NCBI GenBank assembly: GCA_028534125.1
Contig: CM052817.1
Coordinates: forward strand, 75,146,001 to 75,210,000
Direction of reading: 5' to 3'
Source: Lama glama
Taxonomy: Eukaryota
DNA length: 64,000 bases
In this document: positions 37,436-50,534 of the stretch, one piece after another
Position numbering within the stretch: position 1 is the stretch's first letter
How the letters are laid out: each line of letters starts with the position of its first letter
The notes under the pieces: generated by a model
Told to the model about the DNA's origin: nothing
What the model saw: only the letters and a program-made list of their open reading frames with translations
Databases searched by the model: none
Position numbers and translations under genes: made by a program

Positions 37436-39334
37436 GATGGCAGGACTAAAACACATATCCAGACAATAAGCTTCCAGAGTCTATAGTCTTAACTGCTACC
37501 CTTCACTAACTACCAGATTCAGTTTAAGAATGATCTTTTTAGGAAGTGTCCTAACTCTTTAGGTCCCAAAATACTTTTCCTTTCACTGCAGTGTTTATAG
37601 CCTTAAATTTCTTTTTTTGGCTCTTATAATAATTGAATTTTATTATAATAACTTGTGTATGTGAAATAAATCAACCAAGCATTATTTACCTCTTTAATAA
37701 TCAAGTATCAGCAACATTAAAAATTTGAAGGACCTTCTTGGAACCCTTCATATCCACCTTTACCCATAAATATCTTTTACCTCATTAATTTTTCTAAATA
37801 AAAAAGCTTTATAAAAGCTTCCTAAATAAAACAGAATATAAAATAAATGATGAAACCATGCTTAAAAAGCATTATTAAGTAAAAAGTCTCAAAACTGTAT
37901 ATTTCTCTTATCATGAGAGAGTCTGTAATAAATTACAAAATCAGGACAGAAATATTTCCTTGACTTTAATGAAAATTGCAATTTTGACCAAAATCACATG
38001 TAGATATATTTTTTATATTTGTTTATTTCTTCTGTATCTTTATCTGTATTCTTTACATCTTAGGTATTTAGTACATATTTTCCAAAATTCTTCTGAACTC
38101 TAGAAAATAGGGCAGCCTGCTTCGCTAGATTTACCAGACACTCAATAATTTTTCCCCCCTGCTTTAAGACAGAATCAGTCTGCATTTCTTGACATTACCA
38201 AAACTGATAAAAGAGATTTAAGTGCCAGGAATAGTTGCTGGTTGCAGACAGATTTTTTTTTTAATGTGGTAATATAATACTGATTATGTGGTCCCAGTTG
38301 GAGCTGAGAGCAATTAAAAATTCAGCAGATATCACATAATTAGAATTTGGCAGCATACAGCATGCAGTAGTAAAACAACTAATTAAATAATAATATGTGA
38401 TCATCTGGAATTGAAGGGCACATTAAGGAAGACTTTGAAAACTCAAGTAGACATCGGTTAAAACTAATAAACAATAAAACATCAACATAACACAACTGTT
38501 TTAGAGGAGGAACTATGAGATTAGGGGTAGAATGGATGCCTCTAATATTTATAGATAACAAGGAGAAAGAGAGAGACAAGCTCAAATACCTGCAATTTAA
38601 TCTCAAGGCTGACTGAATCCCTGCACTTCCTATTAATTCTTTAAATTCATACAGCCATAGGGCCCCAGCCAAAAACCATACGCAAATTCTGAACTGGTTG
38701 TTACAAATTGGCCAATTGTAATTGTTAGTAGGATTTACTGTCTCATAAGATTTTAAAAATGAAATTGAGGATACTTAAAAAGACAGAGGGGGATATTAAA
38801 AATTGGAAGGGGCTTCCAGTAATTCATCTCCTAAAACCCATGGCGGGTTACCACCTGACAGCTGGTTTCTTATTATTCAGGAATGGTTTCTTGCATTCCT
38901 TGAAGTTTGTGTAATAACTTAATGTAAGCAAATTGCATGTGAGGGGAAGCCACTTTTCCTTCTTGCAAAAATCTCCCTTTCTAAACTTCCTCTTCCAACG
39001 CTGCTCATTGCTTCTGTTAACACAACTGGAGTCAGAATTTCAGCACTCTGATGGCCAAAGTATAAAGTCAAGAGCAAAAGTAGAAGACTTGCCTCACTAA
39101 AGAATTGTAAGAACTTTCTCTTTTGTATACACAAAATCTGGACAAATATATGTGGGAATGGATTTTGGAAGTATAGACAAAGGAAAAAAGAACAAAATTT
39201 TAGATGGAGATAAGTTCATAGATATTGCTGGACTCACCAGCCATTCTGTATTCAAATATACTAACACATTATTAACACGAAATAATGATAACCATTACAG
39301 CTAACATTTATTGAATATTTCTGTAGGGCATTTT

Positions 39335-42040
39335 TAAAAATTGTTTTTATTTTAGATGCTGTAAAATTCACCTATTTTGGTATATGGTTCATTTATCTTT
39401 GACAAATGCAGAATCATGTACATACCACCACACTCGAGACAGATCAATTTTAATACCCTCCAAAAGTCCCTCATGATTACCCTTTGTAGTCAATCCACAC
39501 CCTCACTCTTAACCCATAAAAACTATCCAATGGTTCAAGGTTTTGCCTTTTCAAATGTCAGATAAATGTAATCATACAATATGCAACCTCTTAAGTCTGG
39601 CTTCTTTCACTTAGCATAATAAATTATGTTGTTGCTTCTGCCAATATTGAGTTCCTTTTTATTCTGAGTAGTATTCCATCATATTAATTACCAATTAAAA
39701 ATATCTTCACTATTTGAAGGACATATGAATTCTTTCCTGGTTATAGCAGTTATGAATAAAGCTACAAACACAGTTTCATGCAGGTTTCTGTAAATTTTTT
39801 TTTCTCTTAGTTAAATAATTAAGAGTAGAATTTCAACATGAAGTTGTAAATATGTGCTTAAGCAACTGTAGAACTTTTTTCCAGTTAAGGTAATTGCTGA
39901 TATGGTTGGACTTAAGTATTTATTTTTATTATTTATTTGCTATTTGCCTCTCTTTTTTTTCCCCTCTACGCCACACTTTTTTTTATCATGTTTGGGTTAT
40001 TTAATTTTTACTTGGTATTCCATTTTAATTTATCTCTTGGATTTCAAGCTCTATCTCCATATTTTTCTTTTGTGTGTGATTGCATAGATTGTTCAATCCA
40101 ACCCTTCACTATCTACCTACAGATTATATTTACCACTTCAAATAAAATATATAAACTTTAAAACCATATCAGCCCCTTACCCTCCCCTCAGTATGCTTTA
40201 GTTGACATATGCACTACATCTACATACACTGAAAATATCCCTAGATAATTTTACAATTTTGTTTCATGAGTAATATATATTAAAAAAATTGAGAGTAGAA
40301 AATAGTATTTACTTAAATATTTGCCATTTCTATTGCTTTTCATCCTGAAGTTTCAACTTTCCTTCTGATCATTTCTCTTTAGCCTGAAGAATTTAGATTC
40401 ATATTTCTTTCAGCACAAGTCTGCTGTTGACAAATTCTCCTCGTTTTTATGCCTCTGAAAATGTCCTTATTTTTCCACCCCTTCATGCCTGAAGGATATA
40501 AAATTCTTGGTTGCTACTTATTTTCTAACTAGTTAAAATACCATTACACTTCATAGTTTCTAACAGGAAACTGTAATCATTCTAACACTTGCTCCTCTAT
40601 GTGAACTGTATCATTTATTTTTCTGACTGCTTTCATTTTTCCCCCTTATTTTTGATTTTCAGCAGTTTGTTTATGATGTATCTGGGTGTAGTTTTATTTG
40701 AATTTATTGTGTTTGGAATTTTCTGATTTTCAAATGTATATTTTTTCCCAAATTTGGAAATTTTTGAGTCATTATCTCTTCAAATATTTTTCTCCACCAA
40801 TATCCTTTTTCTTTCCTGCTGGGATTCTGATCATGCAAATATTAGCTCTTTTTGATATTATTCCACAATCTAGTTCCGATGCTTTATTTTTCTTCCTTTT
40901 TGTTTTTCCACTTATTTTCTTCTCTCTATTCCTGATTGGAAAATTTATATTCAAGTGTCTTTAACCATTGCTTTCCTCTGTCATCTCTAGTCTATTGGCT
41001 GAATAACCTATCCAAAAAATTTATTATTCTTGATAGTATATTTTTCAGTTCAGAAATTTCCGTCATGTTTTTTTTTAACAGTTTCTACTTCTCTGTTGAG
41101 AACTCTTATCTTTCCGTTCATTTCAAGAATGTTTACATTTATCTCATGTTATTTGATTATGATCTACTTTACAGTCCTCATTATCATAGGATTGCCATCT
41201 GTTGATTGTATTTTTGCTAGAGAATTGTCAAGAGCTGAACTGGAGAGGGCTGAGCTACCGGGTATCTAAGAGGTCAATTAAAACAACAAGCAAAATAAAG
41301 GTATCAGTCAAGCTTTTAATCACTTACTGCGATGCTAAACAAGAGGCCAAACAGAAAAAAGAAATGGCTCCTTCAGGGTCCCATTTTCCCCCAGGAGCAG
41401 CACTGGGTGAGGGTCATGTGGACCAGCTAAGACCTCGGATTCCTTCCCTGCTGAGGGAGTCCGAAACAAAGGCTTAGGCCGTTTATGGACATGAGAGAAG
41501 GAAGAGAAGGGCCGGAAGTGGAAAAGTACTGAATCAGAGATAAGAACATATTTTCATAGCGTCTACTTTTCCTCCCGATAAGATCTGAGCAGAGGCAATT
41601 GGCATAAGCCTTGGCTCAAGACCTCCTTATCCCCAATACACTCATAAGGAGGACTCAAAATGGAGGCACCTGGGTTCAGAATGCAGCTACGTAAAAGGCC
41701 ATGGATGGTAAGCTCCTCAGCCCTTGATTGCAACTCCGTTCAGAGACTTCAGTGCACTCCCTATGTACAAAGTCTGGTATATGGAGGGTGGTTTTCCCCC
41801 GTAAGGCCTTCCAGGTAAAGCCTTTGTAATTGACTAGGGTTGGGCTTGAAAAATCACACAGGATTTGGCCTGGATCCAGACTCTTCAATTTTCCTCTGTG
41901 TGTAGTAGTTTTATTTGTTTGTCCATTTTTTAAATTGTCGAGTAATTTTCATTAGTATCTTGGACATCATGAATATTATAATGTGTCTCTGATACTACTG
42001 ACTGACTAGAGGTAATTGATGCTTTATTGTTATTTTGTTT
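39335..42040 (-). mobile_element. Ancient L1 (L1MC/MD/ME-like): 3' end about 39335-39885, then inter-ORF/ORF1-region sequence, interrupted by a solo LTR
   Basis: gtctggcttctttcacttagcataat and gagtagtattccat mark the 3' end. The T-rich antisense ORF1-like segment contains tttgattttcagcagtttg and attatctcttcaaatattttttct. Confidence 0.7.
41226..41887 (-). mobile_element. Solo LTR of an endogenous retrovirus (about 662 bp), family not recognised
   Basis: Sharp GC- and CpG-richer island bounded by TG...CA. On the minus strand it reads TGAAGAG...CTCTTGACA, with ATTAAA (41315-41320) about 90 nt before the 3' end. L1 sequence resumes on both sides. Confidence 0.75.
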
Positions 42041-42339
42041 TACAGGCTTCCCAGATACAAAACCTTTCTTTTGCTGCACAAAGTCCTAGTGGACAGAACT
42101 GCTCTAGAGTCTGTTTGCTTTATTGGTTGACTGAAACTTTGATTCAACAGTGACACAGTGGTGATGGGCCTAAAGTTCCAGATATTGCTTGATATAATAT
42201 AGAGGAAAAAAATTGCAACATGTAAGGAAATATGGGTGTGGGAGTATGTTTAATATGTACAATCTTTTTCAAGGACCTTAAGTTTTCTTCAATAGATCTA
42301 CAAAATTATCTTTATCAGGGACTGAGAATATATTTGTAA

Positions 42340-45132
42340 AAATGAATCCCAGCTCAGATGGAATCACTGGTGAATTCTACCAAACATTTAAGGAAGAAAT
42401 CATACAAATTCTCTAAAATATCTTTCAGAAGACAGAAGTGGAGGGAATACTTCCTAACTCATCTATGAGGTCAGAATTACCCTAACACACATACATACAA
42501 ACAGGCAAAAACATTGCAAGGAAATAAAATTACAAACCAACATCTCTCTTGAACATAGATGCAAAAAATTTCAACAAAATGGTTTCAAAACAAGTATAAA
42601 ATGCAAAACAAGTATAAAAAGAATATATACCACATCATGTGAGATTTATCCCAGGTATGCAAGGCAGATTCAATATGTGAAAATCAATTCAAGTAATTTA
42701 TCACATCTACAGGCTAACGAAGAAAATCTGATGATCATATTAATAGATGCAGAAAAATCATATAACAAAATTCAACACCAATTCATGATAAACCCTCAGT
42801 AAACCAGGAATAGATGGGAACTTCCTTAATTTAGTAAATATTTAAAATAAAACTATAGCTGGTGTCTACTTGAAGGGGAGAAACTAGATGATTTCAAGAT
42901 CAGGAACAAGGTGAGGATGCCTCCTTTCATCACTCTTTTTCAACATTGTACAAGAAGTCTTAACAAATGCAATGAAACAAGAAAAGGATAACAAATAAAC
43001 ATTTGGGGAGGTAATAAACTATTTTTGTTCACACATGATAGGCTCACATATGTAGAAAATCTGAAAGAATCAACAGAAAAATTCTGGAACTCAAAACCAA
43101 TTATACTAATGTTGCAGGATACAAGGTCAATAACAAAAGTCAATCCCTTTCCTATATATCATCAATGAACAAGAGGATCTGAAATTAAAAACTCTTTACT
43201 ATTTACATTAGCATTCCCAAAAATAGAAATACTTAGATATAATTTTAACAAAGTATGCACAAGATCTACATGACAAAAACTGTAAAATTCCGAGGAACAG
43301 AATCAAAGAAGAACCAAATAAATAGGTATTTCATGTTCATGGATAGAAAGACTGTCAAGATTTAAGTTTTCCACTTGATCTCTGGATTCAGTGAATCCCA
43401 ATCAAAATCCTAGCACATTATTTTAATAATACTGACAAACTGATTCTAAAGTTTATATGGAGAGGCAATAGACCCAGAACAGTCAACACAATATTGAAAG
43501 AGGAAGAATAAAGTCAAAACTCTGACACTACCCAACTTCAAGATGCACTATAAGGTTATAGTAATCAAGACAGTATAGTATTGGCAAAAAAAGAAAAAAA
43601 AGTTCAATGGAAAGAATAGAAAGTCCAGTAATATACTCACATAAATACAGTCCACTGATCTTTGGCAAAGGAGGAAAGGCAATATGATGTAGCAAAGGTG
43701 ATCTATTCCATATATGAAGTTGTAATACTGAATCCCCACATGCCGAAAAAAAAAGAAAAAGAATTGGAAACAGATCTAATATGTTTCACAAAAATTAGAT
43801 CAAAATGGATCATAAATCTAAATGTAAGATGCAAATCTACAAACCTCTAGTAGGTAACATAGAAAACCTACATGACCTTGAGTAATTTCATTTACTTTCC
43901 AGATACAATATCAGAGGCACTATCTATGAAACAAATAATTAATAATCTGTTCTTAATTTAGATTAAAAAACTTCTCTGCTAAAGACACTGTCAAGAGCAT
44001 AAGAAGACAAGCCACAGACTGGGAGAAAATATTTGCAAGGCACATATCTGATAAAGGACTCTTATCCAAAGAACTATAATCCAATGAACTCTTAAAATTC
44101 AAAAATAAAGAAAAAGAAATAGCCTATTTAAAAATGGGCAAAGGACCTGAACAGACATCTCACCAAAGAGGGTATACAAATGACACACTCATATAAAGAT
44201 ATAAAAAGCTCATATAAAAAGATGCCCAGCATTGTATGTTATTAGCTAATTGAAAATTAACATAGCAATGAGATAACCACCAAATACCTAGTTTTAGGAT
44301 AGCCAAAATCCAAAATACTGACAAAAACAAATTCTGCAGAGAATGTGGAGCAACAGGAACTCTCATCCATTACTGATGGGAATGCAAAATGGTACAGCCT
44401 CTTTGGAAAGCAGTTCGGTGGCTTCTTACAAAACTATACATACTCTTAACATATGATCCAGCAAAAGCACTCCTTGGTATTTGCCTAAAAAGGCTGAAAA
44501 CATGTCCACATAAAAACCTGCCTATGGATGTTTATAGCAGCTTCATTCATAATTGCAACAATTTGGAAGAAACCAAGACGATTTTCAGTAGATGTATGAA
44601 TAAATAAACCATTGTAAATCCAAACAATGAAATATTATTCAGTGTTAAAAGAAATGATCAAGCAGTGAAAAGACGTCTAGGAAGCTCAAAGGTATATTAC
44701 TAACTGAAAGAAGCCAACATGAAAAGGATACATACTGTATGATCCCAACTATATGACATTCTGGAAATGGCAAATGATCAGTGGCTGTCAGTGATTGGGA
44801 AGACGGGAGGATGAATAGAGCACAGAGGACTTTAAGTGCAGTGAAACTATTCTATAAAATGCTACAGTGGTGGATACATGTCATCATACATTTGTCAAAA
44901 CCTACGAATGTACTGCACCAAGAGTGAACCATAATACAAACTATGGAGTTTGAGTGTTAATGATGTGTCAGTGTAGGTTCATCACTGGTAACATGTACCA
45001 CTGTGATTCTACACGGCAGTAGTGGGGAAGGTTGTGCATGTATGGGAGTAGAGGATATATGCAAACTCTACATACATTCCAATAAACTTGGCTGTAAACC
45101 TAAAAGTACTCTAAAAATAAAGTCTATTTAAA
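42340..45132 (+). mobile_element. 5'-truncated L1MC1/2-like LINE (decayed ORF2 plus 3' UTR)
   Basis: cagatggaatcactggtgaattctaccaaacatttaaggaagaaat is ORF2, as is the ORF at 44389 (MVQPLWKAVRWLLTKL..YDPA..LLGI). The 3' end reads gtaaacctaaaagtactctaaaaataaagtctattt. Confidence 0.9.
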
Positions 45133-46269
45133 GCATTTAAAAATTCTTAGAAAGGACCCCCAGATTATTTGAAAAGTTTGTTATTGGATGGTCCCTGTAG
45201 CCTGGAGGTATTGGTGAGACATGTGTCACATAATATTGGCTCCTAGGATCCTAGGATGGCAAAGGCCAAAACAAATACTTAAGAAGATGCAGTAACAAGG
45301 TGGACATAGTTATCATAAAGATACTTCGTCTGACATGTTAACCAGCCAATATCAAGACCTAAGCTAGTAAACATACCTAGGAAACCTTTAATGAAGAAAA
45401 ATCTAGGTACAATTAGGGAAAGATCCTGCAACAACATTGTTAGACTTTTTGTGAATATTTCTTTTTATTGGGAATAATTACCAGGCTACCTTTGTACTGA
45501 AGAAACCAAAATATCCAGATGTTTCCAGAATTATGAGAGATTAACACTAATTCTTGCAGAATCAGAAATACCCTTTACTCTTCATTGTGATGGCTTATCT
45601 AGGACAGTTATTAAAAGGGGTTTTGACACAAGCCTGACTCCAAGTAATCCCCATTAGACCCTATAATAACTTCAGTTGTATTTCCAAAGTTCCTAAGTTG
45701 AGTAGTATAGTCAGAAAATATATATTTAGGTAGAATTAGTCCATCTGTTTTCTTACTCTGTAAGTATCATTATTATGGGATAAGCCAAAATCTATCATAA
45801 ATTTGAAAAATACTTGTAAAATTAACTATTTACAGAATATGAGAGTGTTTATTCCTATTGTACCCCACAGATGCCTCTTTCCAATATGTTGAAATCTTCT
45901 GAAAAAGGTCCAAAAGGACAATTAGAGTAGAAAATACTTCCAGCAGGCAGAACTTCAAGGAGTACCTTTTGTTTCCTCTTTGCTTAGAAGATCAGGTCTG
46001 AGAAAAGCATATATATTTATTTACAAGCTGTCATTTTTTTCTCTTTTGTTAGATGATTACAGACTTTGAAGAAGCAATATTTAAGGATTGGTGTCAAGAT
46101 TTTGGGGGAAAGGCATTTTAATAGTTTATAGCACAAAAATATAGGTGCCCTATGAGTTATCATTAAAATGCTTATTTGCTGAAACGATTCTTAGAAATCA
46201 CCCAGACAAATTTACAGATGCTGAATTTAATGCTATATCCTGTCTCCTGCCATGCTTGTTCAATGGGTA

Positions 46270-46520
46270 TATTCACTCATTCAGCCAAAATTAAAATTAG
46301 TTCGGAGCTTCAATGTGCCAGACACTACTTTAGGTGCAAAGAATATAGAAGTAAACAAATCAGGCAAAATCCTTGACTTAATCGAGTAAATTAAATAGAC
46401 AAGGTAAATATATAATATTATTTCAGATAATGCTATGTGCAGAGCAAAAGGATGGAGATTAAATGGGACAGGTGATGTTTTAGCTAGAACAGTCAGTAAA
46501 GAATTCTGAGCAGAGATCAT
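46270..46520 (-). mobile_element. L2 3' fragment within the ERVL remnant
   Basis: attcactcattcagccaaa...atgtgccagacactactttaggtgc...atttcagataatgctatg...cagtcagtaaagaattctgagcagag. Confidence 0.6.
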
Positions 46521-47539
46521 ACTTTTGGAGATTTAATGGCAGGATGGAAGTTATTACAGGACTTCAATAACATGTTTCTCTTCTCATATGGAGTTCCTCT
46601 TTTCATATGAACCAATTTCCTTCCAGTGGAAACCAGCCATGAACCAAATATCGTAATATGCATCATGCGACCAGCCTACTCCTTACAGCAGTTGATTATG
46701 CCGGAGCCCTTTCTGTTATGAAGAGGGTAGTGATATTTCTCAGGAAAACATGCATTTGTTCTGAATTTCTTCTTGCTTTCCATGCTTGCCTTTCTTTCTT
46801 GCACAATTATTGAAGACTTTTGTGGTTATTTTGAATGCCTTTGGTTATATCATGGTAGCTTACTTACACTGCTTCACATTCAGGAACTTATTTGAGAGCA
46901 AATGGAGGAATTGTTCAAGAGATTTGCTGGTGCTACTATATATAATCTACTACCCCAAAGCACCTAGCCTTAAAGAATAAGGGATGCCAACATTAAGCAA
47001 GTGAGCATTCAAAATATACTCAGGTTAGTGATCTGGAGATGGGATGATTTTTCCCAATGCCAATACACTTATATCTTGTGTCCAAGATGCCAAAATGGGA
47101 CAGATCACTTGGTTATTGTAATTAATTAACTGTTTTTAAAATAAACAGGAAGTTGTAGTGTTTGCTGGAGGACAAGAAGGAAGGAAGGAACAGGAATGTG
47201 GACCTAGAGTACATCCTTCATTAACAAACACACTGGCATACAGTTAAGGAAATCCTAACTCAATATGGAGGGCCATTTGGGTATTGTCTGTACAGTTTAA
47301 GACCACCAATATAACTTCATGTGCAGGCCACCAATATCTTAGATCCCAAGAGACAAAGTTTTAGGTTATTCAGGATTAAAAAAATATTGCAGTAAAGCAA
47401 CAGTTGAAGATAGAGACAAAGAAGGAAAGAATAACAGAGTGGAATCCTGTATGTCAGCCATGCTCCAGTACTAGTTAGAGAAGTGAAGTGAGAACTGAGA
47501 ATTGTGTCCTATACTAGCATCTCTTTCCTTTTGTATTAC

Positions 47540-47720
47540 ATACATATTGATATTATATACACACATATAGTACATATAACACCTGTTGTATTAACACATA
47601 TATTATATTATATAGGTGGATGTAATAGGTATACACAGGTGTAATACATATATAAATAGGTATTATATATATTATTCTGATGTATATTTTGTTTTATATA
47701 ATATATATATATGTTATATC
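47540..47720. repeat. AT-rich low-complexity tract, degenerate (TA)n
   Basis: Read directly from the sequence. Confidence 0.7.
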
Positions 47721-47939
47721 AATTTATCTGTGTAGGAAAATTTATTGTTTTTTTTTCTGGCTTCATTTCTGAGCCTACAGAACTAAAGAAAGAACGGTCA
47801 TCACCCAGATATATTTAGCTTTGAGATAAATGTGGAATTAATGAGTCTTGAAATGTACTTTGTATTGCTTGAGGATAATTGGATTACAATAGTCAGAACA
47901 TAGTTGGGGAGAGTGAAAAGAGGGAGAAAGGTTTATACT

Positions 47940-48550
47940 GACATGGTGAAGCCAAATTTTGAATTACTTAGGACTTTTTTTTCTTTTTTCTTTTCTGGCT
48001 TCCCAACATATGACCCTTTTTCTTTGGGGAATTATCTACACATATGAATATAGGGTTTAATTCCAATTATATGAAACCAAAAAAGAATAGATATTCACTG
48101 CCCTAGTTGCCCTTTCAACTACAACACATACACACAAAAAAAATGCCTTAGTTTCCAGGCCCTTACCTCTGACTGGTATGCAGGATTTCATGATGTAAAG
48201 AAGCAGAACCAAGGATTAATGTATTTGGAGCCATTAGTGGAAGCAGCAACATGTAGTTTTCATGGGAGACAGTAGCATTATTGCCTAGGGTCGCATTCAA
48301 TGTCCATTTGAAACTGTATCCATGGTGCAAGGTGTTGTGCTATCTGGTGTTGAGGGTTAGTACCAGCTGGTACCTTCACAAGACCGGAGAATGATAACTG
48401 GTCAATAGCTCCGGCTGGCCAGCTTTCTTTTCCTCCCGCTGACTTTCTGAGCCTGTTCCTCCTTCCTTCCAGATTTTCAGTGAACTGTCAAAATTAACAT
48501 GAAAAAATTATTTTCTGTGTAATTCAGAGTGAGACTGTACTGATCACAAA
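47940..48550 (+). mobile_element. ERVL-class LTR (LTR16-like), possibly the 3' LTR of the upstream ERVL remnant
   Basis: Follows a purine tract (ggggagagtgaaaagagggagaaagg). The start ttttctggcttcccaacatatgaccc...tttggggaatt is LTR16-like. Confidence 0.5.
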
Positions 48551-50534
48551 TAGGCAACAAACATGACTAGCATGTACACAAACTTTTGTCATAATTTTGA
48601 TGATTTAATCAATTGATATATGGTCAATTTATTTGGGTCATGAGCATATATTACCCATATCATGACACTACAATTTTGCCTTTTAATTTCAATCAATACT
48701 TTTAAATTATTATTTTTATGGCTGTGTCTTTTGTCCATCTGTGAAATCTCTGGTCTTCTATATTACATATTTTGTTTTCATGGTATCATTTTTTCCTTAG
48801 TATTGCCAAGATGATATTGTAATGGTGCTAATGAGATTTTGAATTTAAAGTAAATATTTCATGCTATTTAATAAGGAAGTTTAGTTTTGACTTTTTATTA
48901 TTTTTAGAAGACAAGCAAGGTGAATTGAATTCCTCTAGGACCATTAAACTTTTATACCTTTATACCTTTCATACTTACCTTTGCAGTGTAATGTTTTTCT
49001 GCTGTCTCTAGTTCCTATTTTTCTGATATTCTGAATGTAATATATGAAGAAGTACTATTCCCAGCACAAAAGGGCCAGCATTCAAAGCTTATTATTGCAT
49101 GCTATCATGTTCTAAAATTTACTTTTGGAGACTATGAGTCCCTGAATTTAAAAAAAAAACAGCCCATTGTCTTTAGCTCTTTTCATTTTTATTTTTTGAA
49201 TTGTAAAACACTTGGTTGTGGCAAACAGTATCAGACTAAAAGGTGAAGGGGTTAGAAATTGGGAGGAATACTTAATTAACCTCACAAGGTAATGTTCTCA
49301 ACAAGTCTCACATCCTGAAAACATGGTAAGAACTGAGGAGAGTCTAGATTCCTCATCTGGTTCCGGTTTCACAAAACAAGTCAGCACTATGTTGGGAGCT
49401 GGTAGATTTTTCTTATTCTAGTTCTGCTTGTCTTGTAATTCATATTAATCACTTCCACATTTTAAAGTTATCTGTCACTTTTAGTTTTAAATGTTGAGAG
49501 TTTCATCATTTTCTGTTTTTGTGACTATGTGAAAAAATAGTAGAATATCTAAAGAGAGTCCAGAAAAATGCCCTTTTCAGTTGATAATTTTTTTAAAAAA
49601 GTTATCATTGGAAGTTCAAAAAAATAGGGAATATTGTTCCAATGAGCTCAGTCTCTATTTTTCCAGATTAGGAGTACCCACACTTCAAGAGAAGAATTTT
49701 CTCATGTACTTAAGCAAAACAGTGTCTGTCACTTCATTATTACCCAATCCTGGTGTGTCTTTTTATAGTTCATAAATCTTAGATTGTCTTGAGGTCAATT
49801 TGCTAGGCCGTTCCTAAAGTCTCTCAAGTAATATGAAACTATGTAAAAAGGACTTTTTAACAAGGTACAACTGTCCTTGGTTATAGTATTGTTTTTAAAT
49901 TTAGAAAATGAACAGTAGTCCTATATTGATTGCAAATTTTTGGCTCCTCAAAAGAATTATATCCATTTATAAATAACTTCTTTGTACTATATTAAAAAGT
50001 AAAATGCTCGTATTTATTTTTAGCTCAATTTCAAATGCATAACTTCTCTTTGTTTTATGTACCTTAGGAAAAGGTCTTGACTGCCATGCAACATTATGTT
50101 TTTGCTGTCAAAGTTACTGACACTTCTTAATATACAGCATTTAATAGAATAACTTTGACAATAACAACTTGGTTTATATAAAAGTCAGATATTCTTTATG
50201 AACAAATGAAAAATGTTGATTATATGACTTAAGACCAATTACATTAAAATTGCACATATATATTTATGGGATATTACACTTAAAATATTTATTAATTCTC
50301 ATACAGCACTTAAGACAAACATTTGTTTGCAAAATGGATATCCTCCATTAAACTAGTTAGCTATATTACCTGCATATGAATTAGAGTAAAATAGTATATT
50401 TGTTTCTATGATGTTTATTATTAAAGAGAAAAAAATTTCAGAATGAAATAGTTATGTTATAGAGTTAAAATGGTGCTAATTAGGGTTTTCCTTACCAATG
50501 TTCATTTCATACCCTTTTCAGAGTGGTTTGGTTT

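Larger units (their letters stand above)
42050..47460 (+). mobile_element. Highly degraded ERVL-class internal region (gag/pol remnants), interrupted by L1 and L2
   Basis: Recalled ERVL-int motifs: tggttgactgaaac...aagttccaga...atatagaggaa (42120-42210), aggatggcaaaggccaa (45253), ttccagcaggcagaacttcaag (45938), gattggtgtcaagattttgggggaaagg (46086). No ORF remains. Confidence 0.55.

Noticed and set aside
42586..42619. Direct repeat CAAAACAAGTATAAAA twice
   Set aside because: It is a simple local tandem duplication inside a dead L1.
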